DNA from: Candidatus Poribacteria bacterium
Lineage (GTDB): Bacteria > Poribacteria > WGA-4E > PCPOR2b
Length of the DNA stretch: 64,000 nt
Reading direction: 5' to 3'
Assembly (NCBI GenBank): GCA_965198175.1
Contig: OZ240245.1
Span: 3,168,001-3,232,000, forward strand
Shown here: positions 1-9,793 of the stretch, piece by piece
How the letters are laid out: every line of letters starts with the position of its first letter
Position numbering within the stretch: the first letter of the stretch is position 1
Position numbers and translations under genes: made by a program
Notes under the pieces: generated by a model
Told to the model about the DNA's origin: nothing
The model's input: the letters and a program-made list of their open reading frames with translations, nothing else
Database searches by the model: none

Positions 1-16
1 ATGGAGGTACACTACC

Positions 17-805
17 ATGGCGCATACGTATGATTGTGCCCCAACACTGACGGATTCACAAATACTCGAGTTCTGCAAGAAAGGATTTCTAATACTGGAT
101 GGGGTCGTTCCAGATGAAATCAATCGGCGCGTGTGTGAATACTGCGATGAACATGACGGCGATGTACCGGCAGGGGAGGATTGGTATATTGAAAACGTGA
201 CGCTGAATCCCCAAGCCGCTGGTGCGATACGGTCTGTTTTGGGCAAAAACTTCACCTATTCTACCCAAATGGGAAATACTCGAATTCAGTGTCCTGCTGG
301 TATGGAAGGCGGTTGGCACACTGATGGAGGCTCGTCGTACATTCCTGGACTGGATAGTCTCCAGGTGTTTTACTACCCTCAAGACACCCCCCTCGAGCTT
401 GGTCCAACAGAGTTATTGCCCGAATCTCATTTTCTTTTCAATTTGCAGTGCTGGATGAGGCATTACGGGAGGATCCGCGGCGCTGTCTCCACCGCCGGCA
501 GCGCCGGTACGATTTTTCTCACCATCTATCGTATTTGGCACCGCCGCACAGCGTCCACAGCCAGCGCTATTCGCAATCAGATGAAGTATTGGTATACGCG
601 CACCGTTCCGCCCGATCGTGACTGGATTCGGGAACCGGACTTCGAGCCTCGGCGCGCCAAAGGTTCGCCAGCCCTTTACTACTTTCACCGGGAACACCAT
701 CGAGCAATCAACGATGCCGCCGAGCTGTTTTACTGGTTATGCGGACTTGAGGACGAATATCACTCGGTGAGCAAGAATAATTTGCCAGTCTTCTGGTCTC
801 GGTGA
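17..805 (+). CDS. Phytanoyl-CoA dioxygenase (PhyH) family Fe(II)/2OG oxygenase
   Basis: N-terminal 'LTDSQILEFCKKGFLILDGVV'; HxD (WHTDGG) and distal His (IWHR); 'GPTELLPESH'; GGAGG RBS at 3-7. Confidence 0.8.
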   Translation: MAHTYDCAPTLTDSQILEFCKKGFLILDGVVPDEINRRVCEYCDEHDGDVPAGEDWYIENVTLNPQAAGAIRSVLGKNFTYSTQMGNTRIQCPAGMEGGWHTDGGSSYIPGLDSLQVFYYPQDTPLELGPTELLPESHFLFNLQCWMRHYGRIRGAVSTAGSAGTIFLTIYRIWHRRTASTASAIRNQMKYWYTRTVPPDRDWIREPDFEPRRAKGSPALYYFHREHHRAINDAAELFYWLCGLEDEYHSVSKNNLPVFWSR

Positions 806-855
806 AGCTAGCCAGCAATTAAATGTAGGTTTTTACTCAAATGGTGGAGGGGATT

Positions 856-1614
856 ATGAAATGTGTAATTATTGGATTGGCAGTGCTCTCGTTAGCCACT
901 ACGGCATGGGCGGGTGTGTTAAGGGACAATTTTAACGATGGAGATGCAGATGGGTGGCGAAAGTTCGGAGGAAAAATTTTCAATTCTCAATTCGACGAAA
1001 CCACTCGATGGTCTGCGGAAACGGGGAAGTTGGTTGCTAGGTCCAGAGATGCCAAGGGGTTCGCAAGCGTGTTCGGAATAGGAAATCGAACATGGAGAAA
1101 TTATGAGTTTACATGCCAGTTCGAGATTAGAGATACTTTTCCTAGCGCACCGTCATCGCCAGAGGTTGGCTTTGGCTTACACTACAACAAGCCTAATGAA
1201 AAAGTGCTCAACGGTTTAGGTTTTATCGTTATCGCAAAAGATCATTTTAACTGGACGTTGGGAATTTGCCAACGATTTTGGGAGGGATTTTACCTGCGGA
1301 TTCACGCAAATAACAACTATAAACTCAGAGAAAGACACCTGTATAGAGTGCGAGCTGTCGCCGAAGGTGATTTATATCGGATGTTTCTCGACGACCAGTT
1401 GGTATGTGAGTATGAAAACCCCGACGAGTTTGGGACTTCCCTTGATGCAGGGGCGGTAGTGCTAGTAGCCAAAAATTGTGAGGTTCACTTTGATGAAGTA
1501 GTGATTACAGGAGATGAGATTCCAAATGCAGACTTGAATTTTGGAGAATGGCAACTTGCTGTATCACCTCAAGCCAAGCTCACCTACACTTGGGGGCGGA
1601 TAAAGAAGTTTTAA
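856..1614 (+). CDS. Secreted beta-sandwich (DUF1080/LamG-like) protein with C-terminal TWGxIK tail
   Basis: Signal peptide MKCVIIGLAVLSLATTAWA; 'DNFNDGDADGW'; 'VHFDEVVITG'; ends AVSPQAKLTYTWGRIKKF; GGAGG upstream. Confidence 0.65.
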   Translation: MKCVIIGLAVLSLATTAWAGVLRDNFNDGDADGWRKFGGKIFNSQFDETTRWSAETGKLVARSRDAKGFASVFGIGNRTWRNYEFTCQFEIRDTFPSAPSSPEVGFGLHYNKPNEKVLNGLGFIVIAKDHFNWTLGICQRFWEGFYLRIHANNNYKLRERHLYRVRAVAEGDLYRMFLDDQLVCEYENPDEFGTSLDAGAVVLVAKNCEVHFDEVVITGDEIPNADLNFGEWQLAVSPQAKLTYTWGRIKKF

Positions 1615-1818
1615 CTCTCTGACGATTTTGGATTTCTCCTACGTGTCAGTATTTTCTCACTTTCGAGATGAATCTGATACATTTTCGCATCGCCCTATCT
1701 TAGCAGTAAACGAAATAGCCTACTATCCCACAGCACAAAAGGTTGAACACATGTACTGATTTCCTTAGACATCAAATCCGACAATTTGCCGGGCGCGTCT
1801 AAAGCCACCCAATCAACC

Positions 1819-3285
1819 ATGCAATCTTTTTCAAGTCCTGCGTTACTCAAAAATTTTCCCAATATACATCTGCTTTCTGAGCTCAATGCATTTGCTGAAA
1901 ACCGAGGCATTCAGCTCTACCTTGTAGGCGGTTCGGTGCGAGATCTGCTTCTCAACCGTGAAATCACCGATCTTGATTTCGCCGTCGATCGCGATGCGAT
2001 TCCGTTCGCCAAAGCGTTTGCCGATCGTACCGGTGAAGCGTTTGTGAAATTGGAAGATCGACTGCCAACCGCGCGGGTTGTTATTCGAGAGACACGATTC
2101 ACACTGGACTTTACGCAGTTTCGCGCTGAGACATTGGAAGCTGATTTGCGGTTGCGCGATTTCACGATTAACGCCATCGCTATTGATCTCTCCTCGCTCT
2201 TGACACAACCAACGGTGAAACTGATAGATCCATGCCACGGTATCGGGGATGTGAAAGCGAAACGCTTACGCTTTCCTGACCCCCAGGTTGTGAGGGACGA
2301 TCCGCTCCGGATGCTGCGTGCATATCGTCTCGCAGCCGAATTAGGGTTTGAGATGCCAGAGCCAACAATCAATCTCATCCGTCAACATAAAGAAGAACTG
2401 TCGACAGTTTCGCTTGAGCGTATCCGAGATGAGTTCATCAAAATCTTAAATGTAAAAAATTCGGTCGTCTATCTACGCCAAATGGACGAGATACGTCTCC
2501 TTTCACAGGTGATTCCTGAAATTGAAGACATGCGGCGTGTGCAACAGGGCGATTATCACGGTCTCAACATCTGGGAACATTCCTTGCTCGCTATTGAGAT
2601 GTTTGAGGCGAAACCGGTCCCTGATGTTTTGCAACTATACGACAGTGAAGTTCAAACATACTTGAACGGAACCATCGTCTACAGCAAGAAGCGATGCCAT
2701 ATCATTAAGCTGGGTTTGATGCTCCATGATGTCGGCAAACCGGCAATGAAAACAATCAACACGGAAAATAAGGTGCGATTTCTCGATCACGAGAAGGTAG
2801 GCGCGGAGATTGCGGTCGAAATTATGAAGCGTTTACGATTAGGTAGAAAAGTGGTAAATCTGATGAATTGTCTCGTCCGGAACCATCTGCATATACAGTA
2901 CCTTGTCAAATCCTTGCCGCCAACGCGCCAAGTCATGCTTCGCTTTCTAAAGAACGCAGATGAGGACTGGTTAGGAGTTATCTTGCTATCCTATGCGGAT
3001 CAGCGCGCGTCACAGGGTAGACTTTGCTCCCCGGATGGAGTGTCCAAAACAGAAACAGTAATGTGCAAAATTGCAGATCTCTATTACAACGAAATCTTAC
3101 CAATAGTGACACGTGGCAGACTAATCACGGGACATGACGTCATTCAAACGCTTGGGTTGAAACCGGGCATCAGAGTTGGGCGCATCTTGAAGCATATCGA
3201 AGCACTTCAGTTTGAAGGAAAAATCCATACTCCTGAAGAAGCCCTAGTAGCTGCACAGACATTTTTAGAAGGGTGTGAAGCGTAG
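1819..3285 (+). CDS. Class II tRNA nucleotidyltransferase with HD domain (probably CC-adding type)
   Basis: VGGSVRDLL..DLD, RDFTINAIA, DDPLRMLR, ERIRDE, LHDVGKP motifs; C-terminal 'LITGHDVI...GLKPG'. Confidence 0.9.
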   Translation: MQSFSSPALLKNFPNIHLLSELNAFAENRGIQLYLVGGSVRDLLLNREITDLDFAVDRDAIPFAKAFADRTGEAFVKLEDRLPTARVVIRETRFTLDFTQFRAETLEADLRLRDFTINAIAIDLSSLLTQPTVKLIDPCHGIGDVKAKRLRFPDPQVVRDDPLRMLRAYRLAAELGFEMPEPTINLIRQHKEELSTVSLERIRDEFIKILNVKNSVVYLRQMDEIRLLSQVIPEIEDMRRVQQGDYHGLNIWEHSLLAIEMFEAKPVPDVLQLYDSEVQTYLNGTIVYSKKRCHIIKLGLMLHDVGKPAMKTINTENKVRFLDHEKVGAEIAVEIMKRLRLGRKVVNLMNCLVRNHLHIQYLVKSLPPTRQVMLRFLKNADEDWLGVILLSYADQRASQGRLCSPDGVSKTETVMCKIADLYYNEILPIVTRGRLITGHDVIQTLGLKPGIRVGRILKHIEALQFEGKIHTPEEALVAAQTFLEGCEA

Positions 3286-3481
3286 CAAGGAAGCGAGGAA
3301 AAATTATCAACGGCGCTGAATCTCTCTGAAGATCGGGTTGAAGAAGTATGGAAACCGCACCTTCAGCTTGCAAAATGCTTGACCGCAAGTTTTTAGTATT
3401 CAGTCCCCTTGCCATCCGGATTGCTAGAGAGAGTTGTTACGCACCCATTGATGTTGGTTTCTTGGGGGGCGATGATTGAAT

Positions 3482-4510
3482 ATGAATCGGGAACTCTGTT
3501 TAGAAGTAGCGGCGGAAGAGGCGATCCGACTTGCACAAGAGCGCGGGGACGTAATCAGTGTCTTCGTATGCGGTTCAATCGTAAAAGAATCACCACCTGA
3601 CTACGCTGATGTCGATCTCCGCGTTGTAATTAAGGGGGATGGGTTAGAAGCCGGTTTTTTTGCGATGAAACAGGGTGTCCCGCTCGAATGGACATTCGTC
3701 CCCAAGCGACGCTTTGACGACCGTAACACGCTATTAAACGCTTCATTTCTTGCGTTGGAACTCGCCAAGGGAACCATTATCTACGACCCGACTGGCTGGC
3801 TGGGTCAAGTGAGAGAGGACATCCATTCAGTCTGCGAACGCCCTTCATATCAGATCCAGAGAAGTCAACGTCTGCTGGATGCCGCCAAGTTGCTCTACGA
3901 CGGAATTCAGGAAAACTTTGAATCCGGAGAACAGGCTCCCCTGTGGGATGTGCGCTGCACAATCTTCTGGACCGGCGAAACACCAGCACTGATGTTGAAC
4001 GAAATTCCGAATCACCGCAGATTAATGGTGGAATTGAAAGATGTGGGCGTGCGCCTAAATGCTCCTGAGCTGTACCCGACGGGGATAGAAACGCTAGGTG
4101 CGGAAGGAGTCAGCACATCGGATGTCGAAACTTTCCTAATTGATGCCCTTGATAGCATTACATATGTCAATACCGTGAGCGACACACCCCACTTCCATAT
4201 CTCTTTGGACAAACGTCCATACTGGGAACATGGGATACGACAGATGCTAGCTGAAGGTTACCACCGCGAGGCGCTTTGGCCCATCCTGACCTTGATGAGC
4301 GCAATGCATCCGATTCTCGCTTCCGCCGATACGCCGGAATCCTCAAGACATTACCTGCGCTGTAGACGCTTTTTGGACCGGATAGGCTTTCTATCTAGAG
4401 ATGATTTTCATCAGAAGTTAATCAGACTTGGCGAGTGGATAGCGCAGGTACAACCCCTGATCGCTCGGCAAAGATTATCGCATCAAGACAGTTCGATCGT
4501 AGATGGGTGA
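3482..4510 (+). CDS. Pol-beta superfamily nucleotidyltransferase domain protein
   Basis: GS...DVD motif (CGSIVKESPPDYADVDL), 'IIYDPTG', helical C-terminus. Confidence 0.65.
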   Translation: MNRELCLEVAAEEAIRLAQERGDVISVFVCGSIVKESPPDYADVDLRVVIKGDGLEAGFFAMKQGVPLEWTFVPKRRFDDRNTLLNASFLALELAKGTIIYDPTGWLGQVREDIHSVCERPSYQIQRSQRLLDAAKLLYDGIQENFESGEQAPLWDVRCTIFWTGETPALMLNEIPNHRRLMVELKDVGVRLNAPELYPTGIETLGAEGVSTSDVETFLIDALDSITYVNTVSDTPHFHISLDKRPYWEHGIRQMLAEGYHREALWPILTLMSAMHPILASADTPESSRHYLRCRRFLDRIGFLSRDDFHQKLIRLGEWIAQVQPLIARQRLSHQDSSIVDG

Positions 4511-4576
4511 AACGGATAAAGGAGGCAAACGGTGATTGATGAGAGTTGGTATAAGCGTCCTCAGGTCACGGTTCGT

Positions 4577-6190
4577 CTACAACGGAACAATTCCCGCATA
4601 TTTGACGCCGGTCAAGTACGCGATATCGCGCTTCCAAGTTGTTAGATCAGTCGCACACAGTTGATTCAGATGCGTATGCCCGCATGCGCGAGCAAGCGCC
4701 TGCATCAATTCGGTTGCCGCGCCGAGGAAGCGGTTGAGTCGGCGAGCGGCTTCATTCACAATCAGCCGGGCACGGAGGCTTTCCTTTTGTGTTGCAATTC
4801 CTACTGGGCAATTATTGGTATGACACGCACGCATGCCGACGCATCCGATTGCCTGCATTGCAGAATTGGCGATTGCTACCCCGTCTGCACCGACGGCTAG
4901 TGCTTTTGCAAAATCAGCAGGACTCCGCAAGCCGCCCGTGGCAATCAATGTAACATCGCTGTTGCCTCTTTCGTCCAAGTATTTCCGCGCGCGCGCAATC
5001 GCTGGCATAGTTGGCACCGAAATGTTGTCTCGAAAAATAAGTGGTGCTGCGCCTGTGCCCCCTCCACGCCCGTCAAGGATGATGTAATCAACTGGGATTT
5101 GAAGGGCGGTTTCGATATCCTCCTCAATATGTTGGGCTGATAACTTAAATCCGATCGGAATGCCTCCGGTCAGTTTACGAACTTCGCTCGCAAATCCCTT
5201 GAAGTCCTCCAAACTGTTCCAGTCCGGGAATCGAGCCGGTGATACTGCCGGTTGTCCGGCTATGAGCCCTCGAACCTCGGCAATTCTTCCTTTCACTTTT
5301 TCCGCTGGGAGATGACCACCAGTTCCGGTTTTTGCTCCTTGTCCTCCTTTGAAGTGAAAGGCTTGAACAAGGTTGAGTTTGTCGAATGAAAAGCCGAAGC
5401 GCGCAGAAGCCAACTCGTAAAAATAACGACTGTTTTCAGCCTGTTCCTCCGGCAGCATTCCGCCTTCACCAGAACATATCCCCGTCCCTGACATCTCTGC
5501 GCCTCGTGCTAAAGCGATCTTTGCTTCGGCGGACAATGCGCCAAAACTCATGTCCGAAACAAAAACCGGAATATCAAGCTTGAGTGGCTTTCTGGCGTTT
5601 CGACCGAGGACCAGCTCGGTTCCAACAGGGACATCATCTAGCTGGGGAAATTTGTGCAGTTGAGCAGTGATAAATTGCAGGTCATCCCAGCTAGGAAGTT
5701 CGTCCCTTTGAACACCCATCGCTGCCATCCGTCCGTGATCGCCAACCTTACTGAGCCCGTAACTCGCTAGATGACGGATGTAATCCACATAAGGCTCTTC
5801 AGACGTACCGTGTATATCCTGGTATGTCCCTTGATATTCGTCACGTTTGTATGGCTCAGGATTTTTCTTCTCCCAAGCGAGGATTTCCTCTTCATCAACC
5901 AATACTGCATCGTCCTCGATCCACGTCGTGAATTTCTCCAACCGCTCTTCATTATGATATTCGCTGATACCTGTGTCGTAACGATAATCCCAGTTGTGAA
6001 CCCCACAAATTAGATTTTTTCCATCAATATGTCCGTCTGCGAGCAGGGCTCCACGGTGCAGACATCGCCCATACAACACGGAAATATCTTCGTCGTATCT
6101 GATAATCACTAGGTCCACATCTCCGACCAATGCATGAGCGGGTTCGCGATCCTGTAATTCACTGAATGTAGCAACGCGGATTTTTTTCAT
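4577..6190 (-). CDS. Rieske [2Fe-2S]-fused FMN-binding glutamate synthase family protein
   Basis: CLH...CGVH Rieske motif; MSFGALS, GEGG, GQGAK, DGRGGGTGAAP; CVGMRACHTNNCPVG 3Fe-4S motif. Confidence 0.9.
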   Translation of the reverse strand: MKKIRVATFSELQDREPAHALVGDVDLVIIRYDEDISVLYGRCLHRGALLADGHIDGKNLICGVHNWDYRYDTGISEYHNEERLEKFTTWIEDDAVLVDEEEILAWEKKNPEPYKRDEYQGTYQDIHGTSEEPYVDYIRHLASYGLSKVGDHGRMAAMGVQRDELPSWDDLQFITAQLHKFPQLDDVPVGTELVLGRNARKPLKLDIPVFVSDMSFGALSAEAKIALARGAEMSGTGICSGEGGMLPEEQAENSRYFYELASARFGFSFDKLNLVQAFHFKGGQGAKTGTGGHLPAEKVKGRIAEVRGLIAGQPAVSPARFPDWNSLEDFKGFASEVRKLTGGIPIGFKLSAQHIEEDIETALQIPVDYIILDGRGGGTGAAPLIFRDNISVPTMPAIARARKYLDERGNSDVTLIATGGLRSPADFAKALAVGADGVAIANSAMQAIGCVGMRACHTNNCPVGIATQKESLRARLIVNEAARRLNRFLGAATELMQALARACGHTHLNQLCATDLTTWKRDIAYLTGVKYAGIVPL

Positions 6191-6388
6191 CTCTTCTCCT
6201 ATTGGTCTGTTAGCTTAGGATACATAGGCATCTTTCCAAAGCAATAACATTTGAGGTATTGCCGTACTTCCGATGTTCAACAGTTGTGCGAATGGAATCC
6301 GGTACTGTTCAATCGAAAAATGCCTTTTACACGTTTCACAAGATATGCAGAAGGGTAATACGCCACTCGGAATCTGCGCGATAACCTA

Positions 6389-6910
6389 CTAAATTTCGAG
6401 CAGGTTATCCCATTCACAATCGAGACAGAATAAATCCGTTTGGCTAAGATGCTGGATATTTTGACTTCTACATTGAGGGCAGGTTGGACGAGCTTTTGAG
6501 TTCAGTGGATTGGTTTGCTGACGAATATTCAGGTAGTAGGTTTTAATCTCTCCCTCGTAGCGATGTCCCCTTGGACAGCGAATCCTTCTGGTAGGATGTG
6601 TTTCGAGACGTTCAATGATTTCCCGCAAAAATGGAATGCGGCACCCACAAATCGGACAAGGGTTTGGATAGAGTTCCTTAGTAATAATCACATCGGAATT
6701 CTCTTCCCGTATTGTGACCGGCATCAAGAAATGACGCTGCAGCATCTGCCTGACATCTGCTTCCGCATTGATTGCTTGTCGAACATTCTGTTGATTTATA
6801 ATTTCTTGATATGTTTCTGGGCTAAATATAATCTGCGCTGGCGTCATTGTTCCACGCAAGCTGAACACGATATTGTGGATTCTATCGAGTGTTGATGTTG
6901 ATTTTATCAT
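6389..6910 (-). CDS. Hypothetical protein with zinc-ribbon motifs
   Basis: CPICG, CPRGH, CPQC...CLDC; start could be 6910 (ATG) or 6916 (GTG). Confidence 0.6.
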   Translation of the reverse strand: MIKSTSTLDRIHNIVFSLRGTMTPAQIIFSPETYQEIINQQNVRQAINAEADVRQMLQRHFLMPVTIREENSDVIITKELYPNPCPICGCRIPFLREIIERLETHPTRRIRCPRGHRYEGEIKTYYLNIRQQTNPLNSKARPTCPQCRSQNIQHLSQTDLFCLDCEWDNLLEI

Positions 6911-6940
6911 ACCCACTCTCTTGCGCCCCTGTGCCTCAAT

Positions 6941-7077
6941 AAAAAAGGGGTTCTAGCGAAAAGAATCTCGGTAAAAGTTCCGCAGTTGGACTCTATAAAG
7001 AACCGCTTTATCCACATCTTCACTCGCGGAATTTCGCCTAGTCTACCCCGACACTGACCCTACTTTTGTGGGATCAG
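6941..7077 (-). ncRNA. Candidate structured RNA: short hairpin plus ~100-nt interrupted hairpin ending in a T6 tract
   Basis: Nested pairs GGGG/CCCC, CTAG/CTAG, CGAAA/TTTCG, TTCCGC/GCGGAA, ATAAAG/CTTTAT over 6947-7049; second hairpin 7054-7077. Confidence 0.4.
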
Positions 7078-7111
7078 GCATTAGTCAAACCACAATCTTG
7101 AGTTGAAGCAT

Positions 7112-7471
7112 CTATACTTTTGTTGTTTCACCTTGTTGCAACAAATCTTCACGGCTCCGGGCGATTGGCGAAGGCTGGCTTTTCGATCTGTAAACATCAG
7201 CGGGATGGTTTCGAAGTATGAGTAAATCTGACTCGTCCTTTTCAATTCTATCGCCCTCAATTAAGTTAATCTCAATTTTTCGCATGCTCGTTGTTAGATT
7301 AACGACGACCTTGCATGGATCGTGGAGAGTAATATGCCACCCATCTGATGTTTTTTCTCGGGTGGATTTGGCTGGAACATTAATAGACTGCACTTGGTTT
7401 GTGCTGATAATAACAACACTTTCTGCCTCAACTGCCCCATTACCGTTTTGTACACCGTTTTCTTGAGCCAT
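7112..7471 (-). CDS. Hypothetical protein
   Basis: ORF MAQENGVQNG... with GAGG upstream; no recognisable motif. Confidence 0.6.
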   Translation of the reverse strand: MAQENGVQNGNGAVEAESVVIISTNQVQSINVPAKSTREKTSDGWHITLHDPCKVVVNLTTSMRKIEINLIEGDRIEKDESDLLILRNHPADVYRSKSQPSPIARSREDLLQQGETTKV

Positions 7472-7719
7472 TGCTTTCCTCGCTAAAACTTCTGAATCGT
7501 CAATTGTTGGATACGTATCCGCACTGCCGCAAACACTTATCTTGCTAATTCTACTGGAGATTATTGTTCTTGTCAACCCTATTTTATTCTTTAAATCCGG
7601 CGGTAGAAGGCTGACGGGGTGAGAACCCACATATCCAAGAAAGAACCGTTTAATTGGGGGGAAGATAACAATCGACTAGCTTGATTGACGGTGAGTATCG
7701 GGATGTATACTATCAAAAT

Positions 7720-8262
7720 CTACTGACTTTTCTCAGTGAAGTTGAGCGCAGCGGAATTAATGCAATAACGAAGCCCGGTCGGTGGCGGACCATCTTCAAA
7801 AATGTGACCGAGGTGCGCATCACATCGACTGCAAAGCACTTCAGTACGGGTCATAAAGAAACTCTTATCGCTTTCAGTGCTAATCTTATCTGTCGAAATC
7901 GGCTGCCAGAAACTTGGCCAACCGGTTCCAGAGTTATACTTCGTTTCGGAACTAAAGAGTTCGCTGCCGCAACAGATGCACTGGTACACGCCTTTCCCCT
8001 TAAAATCGTGATATTCACCAGTGAACGCGCGTTCTGTTCCCTTCTTCCGTGTCACGTGATATTGCTCGGGCGTCAGCAACTGTCGCCACTCTTCCTCCGC
8101 TTTTTTGAATTTCTCAGACATCTTTACCTCTTTCTGTTCTTGTAATTCCGCGTTATTTCCCGATAGGGCTGCTTTCTCTTGCGCTTGCTTGCAGGCGAGA
8201 TGGAAGCCGATTAACGAGAAGGAAATTAGCAGTAAGGTGGATTTCAATATTCTAACTATCAT
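7720..8262 (-). CDS. msrB: Peptide-methionine (R)-S-oxide reductase MsrB with lipoprotein-like N-terminal extension
   Basis: GTERAFTG, CICC, SGTGWPSF, HLGHIFEDGP, RYCINSAAL; alternative start at 8121. Confidence 0.95.
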   Translation of the reverse strand: MIVRILKSTLLLISFSLIGFHLACKQAQEKAALSGNNAELQEQKEVKMSEKFKKAEEEWRQLLTPEQYHVTRKKGTERAFTGEYHDFKGKGVYQCICCGSELFSSETKYNSGTGWPSFWQPISTDKISTESDKSFFMTRTEVLCSRCDAHLGHIFEDGPPPTGLRYCINSAALNFTEKSQ

Positions 8263-8544
8263 TATGTGTCTCCTCGTACAACGACATTTAGTAAACACTT
8301 TATTATACCCCGAATCTGTAGTGAAAGTTGCATCATTACAAAGCTATATCGCAGCGAGATTATCGTGGATATTGTGGACGGATATGAATGTGAACCGCTG
8401 CGGACACGAGTGAACATCTCACAGGGCTATAAGAATTCGCCCTGCACCGCAAAGCCTGGAATGGCATGAACCCCAAACGCCGGTTCAGCGGCGATTTGCA
8501 TGTGGTGCTTTTTAATCGGCCCACAGGGAGATCGCCCGTACCGC

Positions 8545-9627
8545 TTAGCTTGTACTTCTTTTAACGATAGGAATAATCCGTTGATGGGCGCGAGGAAAGG
8601 GGAATTGATCTATATCGTCAACCGTTACCCAACGATGATCGACCGGACCGTTCAGGACCACTTCACCGGATTGGTAGTGGCAGCAAAAGACATCCACGAC
8701 AATTTTGAAGTGCGTGAAAGCGTGTTTGACGCGGGTGAGGTATTCGGTTACCTCAACGGAGAGATTAACATGTTCCTTAATTTGCCGGATACAAGCCTCT
8801 TCAGCGGTTTCCTCCTCTCCGATCTCATCACCCGGAAATTCCCATAAACCGCCAAGTAAGCCATCAACTTTTCGCTGGGTGATGAGAATGTGTTTCTTTC
8901 TGCGCACAACGCCTACGGCAAGGCGATTTTCTGGAAGCGGTTTGGATTTGAGGCGGATTGGAAATTCTTCCTGTCGCGCGGTCCGGAATGCGCGACAAAA
9001 GGTATTCACCGGACAGAGGACACAAAGCGGAGATCTTGGGCGACAAACCGTTGCCCCTAATTCCATCATCCCTTGATTGAACGTGCCCGGCGCATCTCGA
9101 TTTAACAACCGGTCTGCACTCTCGCGAAGGGTCTTGATAGAAGTTGATGCGTTGATAGGCGAATCAATGAGAAACAACCGCGCTAGGACTCGTTTTACGT
9201 TGCCATCTGTCACCGCGTAAGGCGCCTGAAATGCAATACTCTGCACAGCAGCGCCGGTATACTCTCCCACACCAGGCAATTTCCGGAAGATTGCGTAATC
9301 CGTCGGTATTTTTCCGCCGAAACCCGATACTATCACTTTGGCGGCTTTGTGCAGGTTTCGCGCTCTAGCGTAGTAGCCTAAGCCTTCCCAAGCCTTCAAC
9401 ACTTCTTGAAGGTCTGCCGCAGCCAGACGGTGAATATCGGGAAACGTATCCACAAAATTCTGGTAATACTCCAACACCTTTTTAACTTGCGTCTGTTGAA
9501 GCATTACCTCAGAAACCCAGATATAGTATGGATTTTGGGTGTCACGCCACGGTAATTTCCGATGATGTGTATCGAACCACTTCGTTAGCTTTTTCCGAAA
9601 CTGTACGATTTCTTTGGGGGACATCAT
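8545..9627 (-). CDS. mutY: A/G-specific adenine glycosylase MutY
   Basis: WVSEVMLQQTQV, GLGYYARARNL, HhH LPGVGEYT, C-x6-C-x2-C-x5-C, C-terminal NUDIX-like domain. Confidence 0.97.
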   Translation of the reverse strand: MMSPKEIVQFRKKLTKWFDTHHRKLPWRDTQNPYYIWVSEVMLQQTQVKKVLEYYQNFVDTFPDIHRLAAADLQEVLKAWEGLGYYARARNLHKAAKVIVSGFGGKIPTDYAIFRKLPGVGEYTGAAVQSIAFQAPYAVTDGNVKRVLARLFLIDSPINASTSIKTLRESADRLLNRDAPGTFNQGMMELGATVCRPRSPLCVLCPVNTFCRAFRTARQEEFPIRLKSKPLPENRLAVGVVRRKKHILITQRKVDGLLGGLWEFPGDEIGEEETAEEACIRQIKEHVNLSVEVTEYLTRVKHAFTHFKIVVDVFCCHYQSGEVVLNGPVDHRWVTVDDIDQFPFPRAHQRIIPIVKRSTS

Positions 9628-9793
9628 CTACCAACAAATACTCAGTCGATGCGAAAAGACCTGTACCATAAAAACTTGAGAGTATTGTCTTATGGATAGA
9701 TATATGGTCTAATTATGCTAACAGACTCGTTTTCAAGGTTGGTAACGGTTGCGTTGGTCCGGGAGAGGATTTGTCAGTTATCAACATTCATGC

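Noticed and set aside
7008..7016. Perfect DnaA box TTATCCACA
   Set aside because: Single copy, no box cluster or dnaA context; not evidence for oriC
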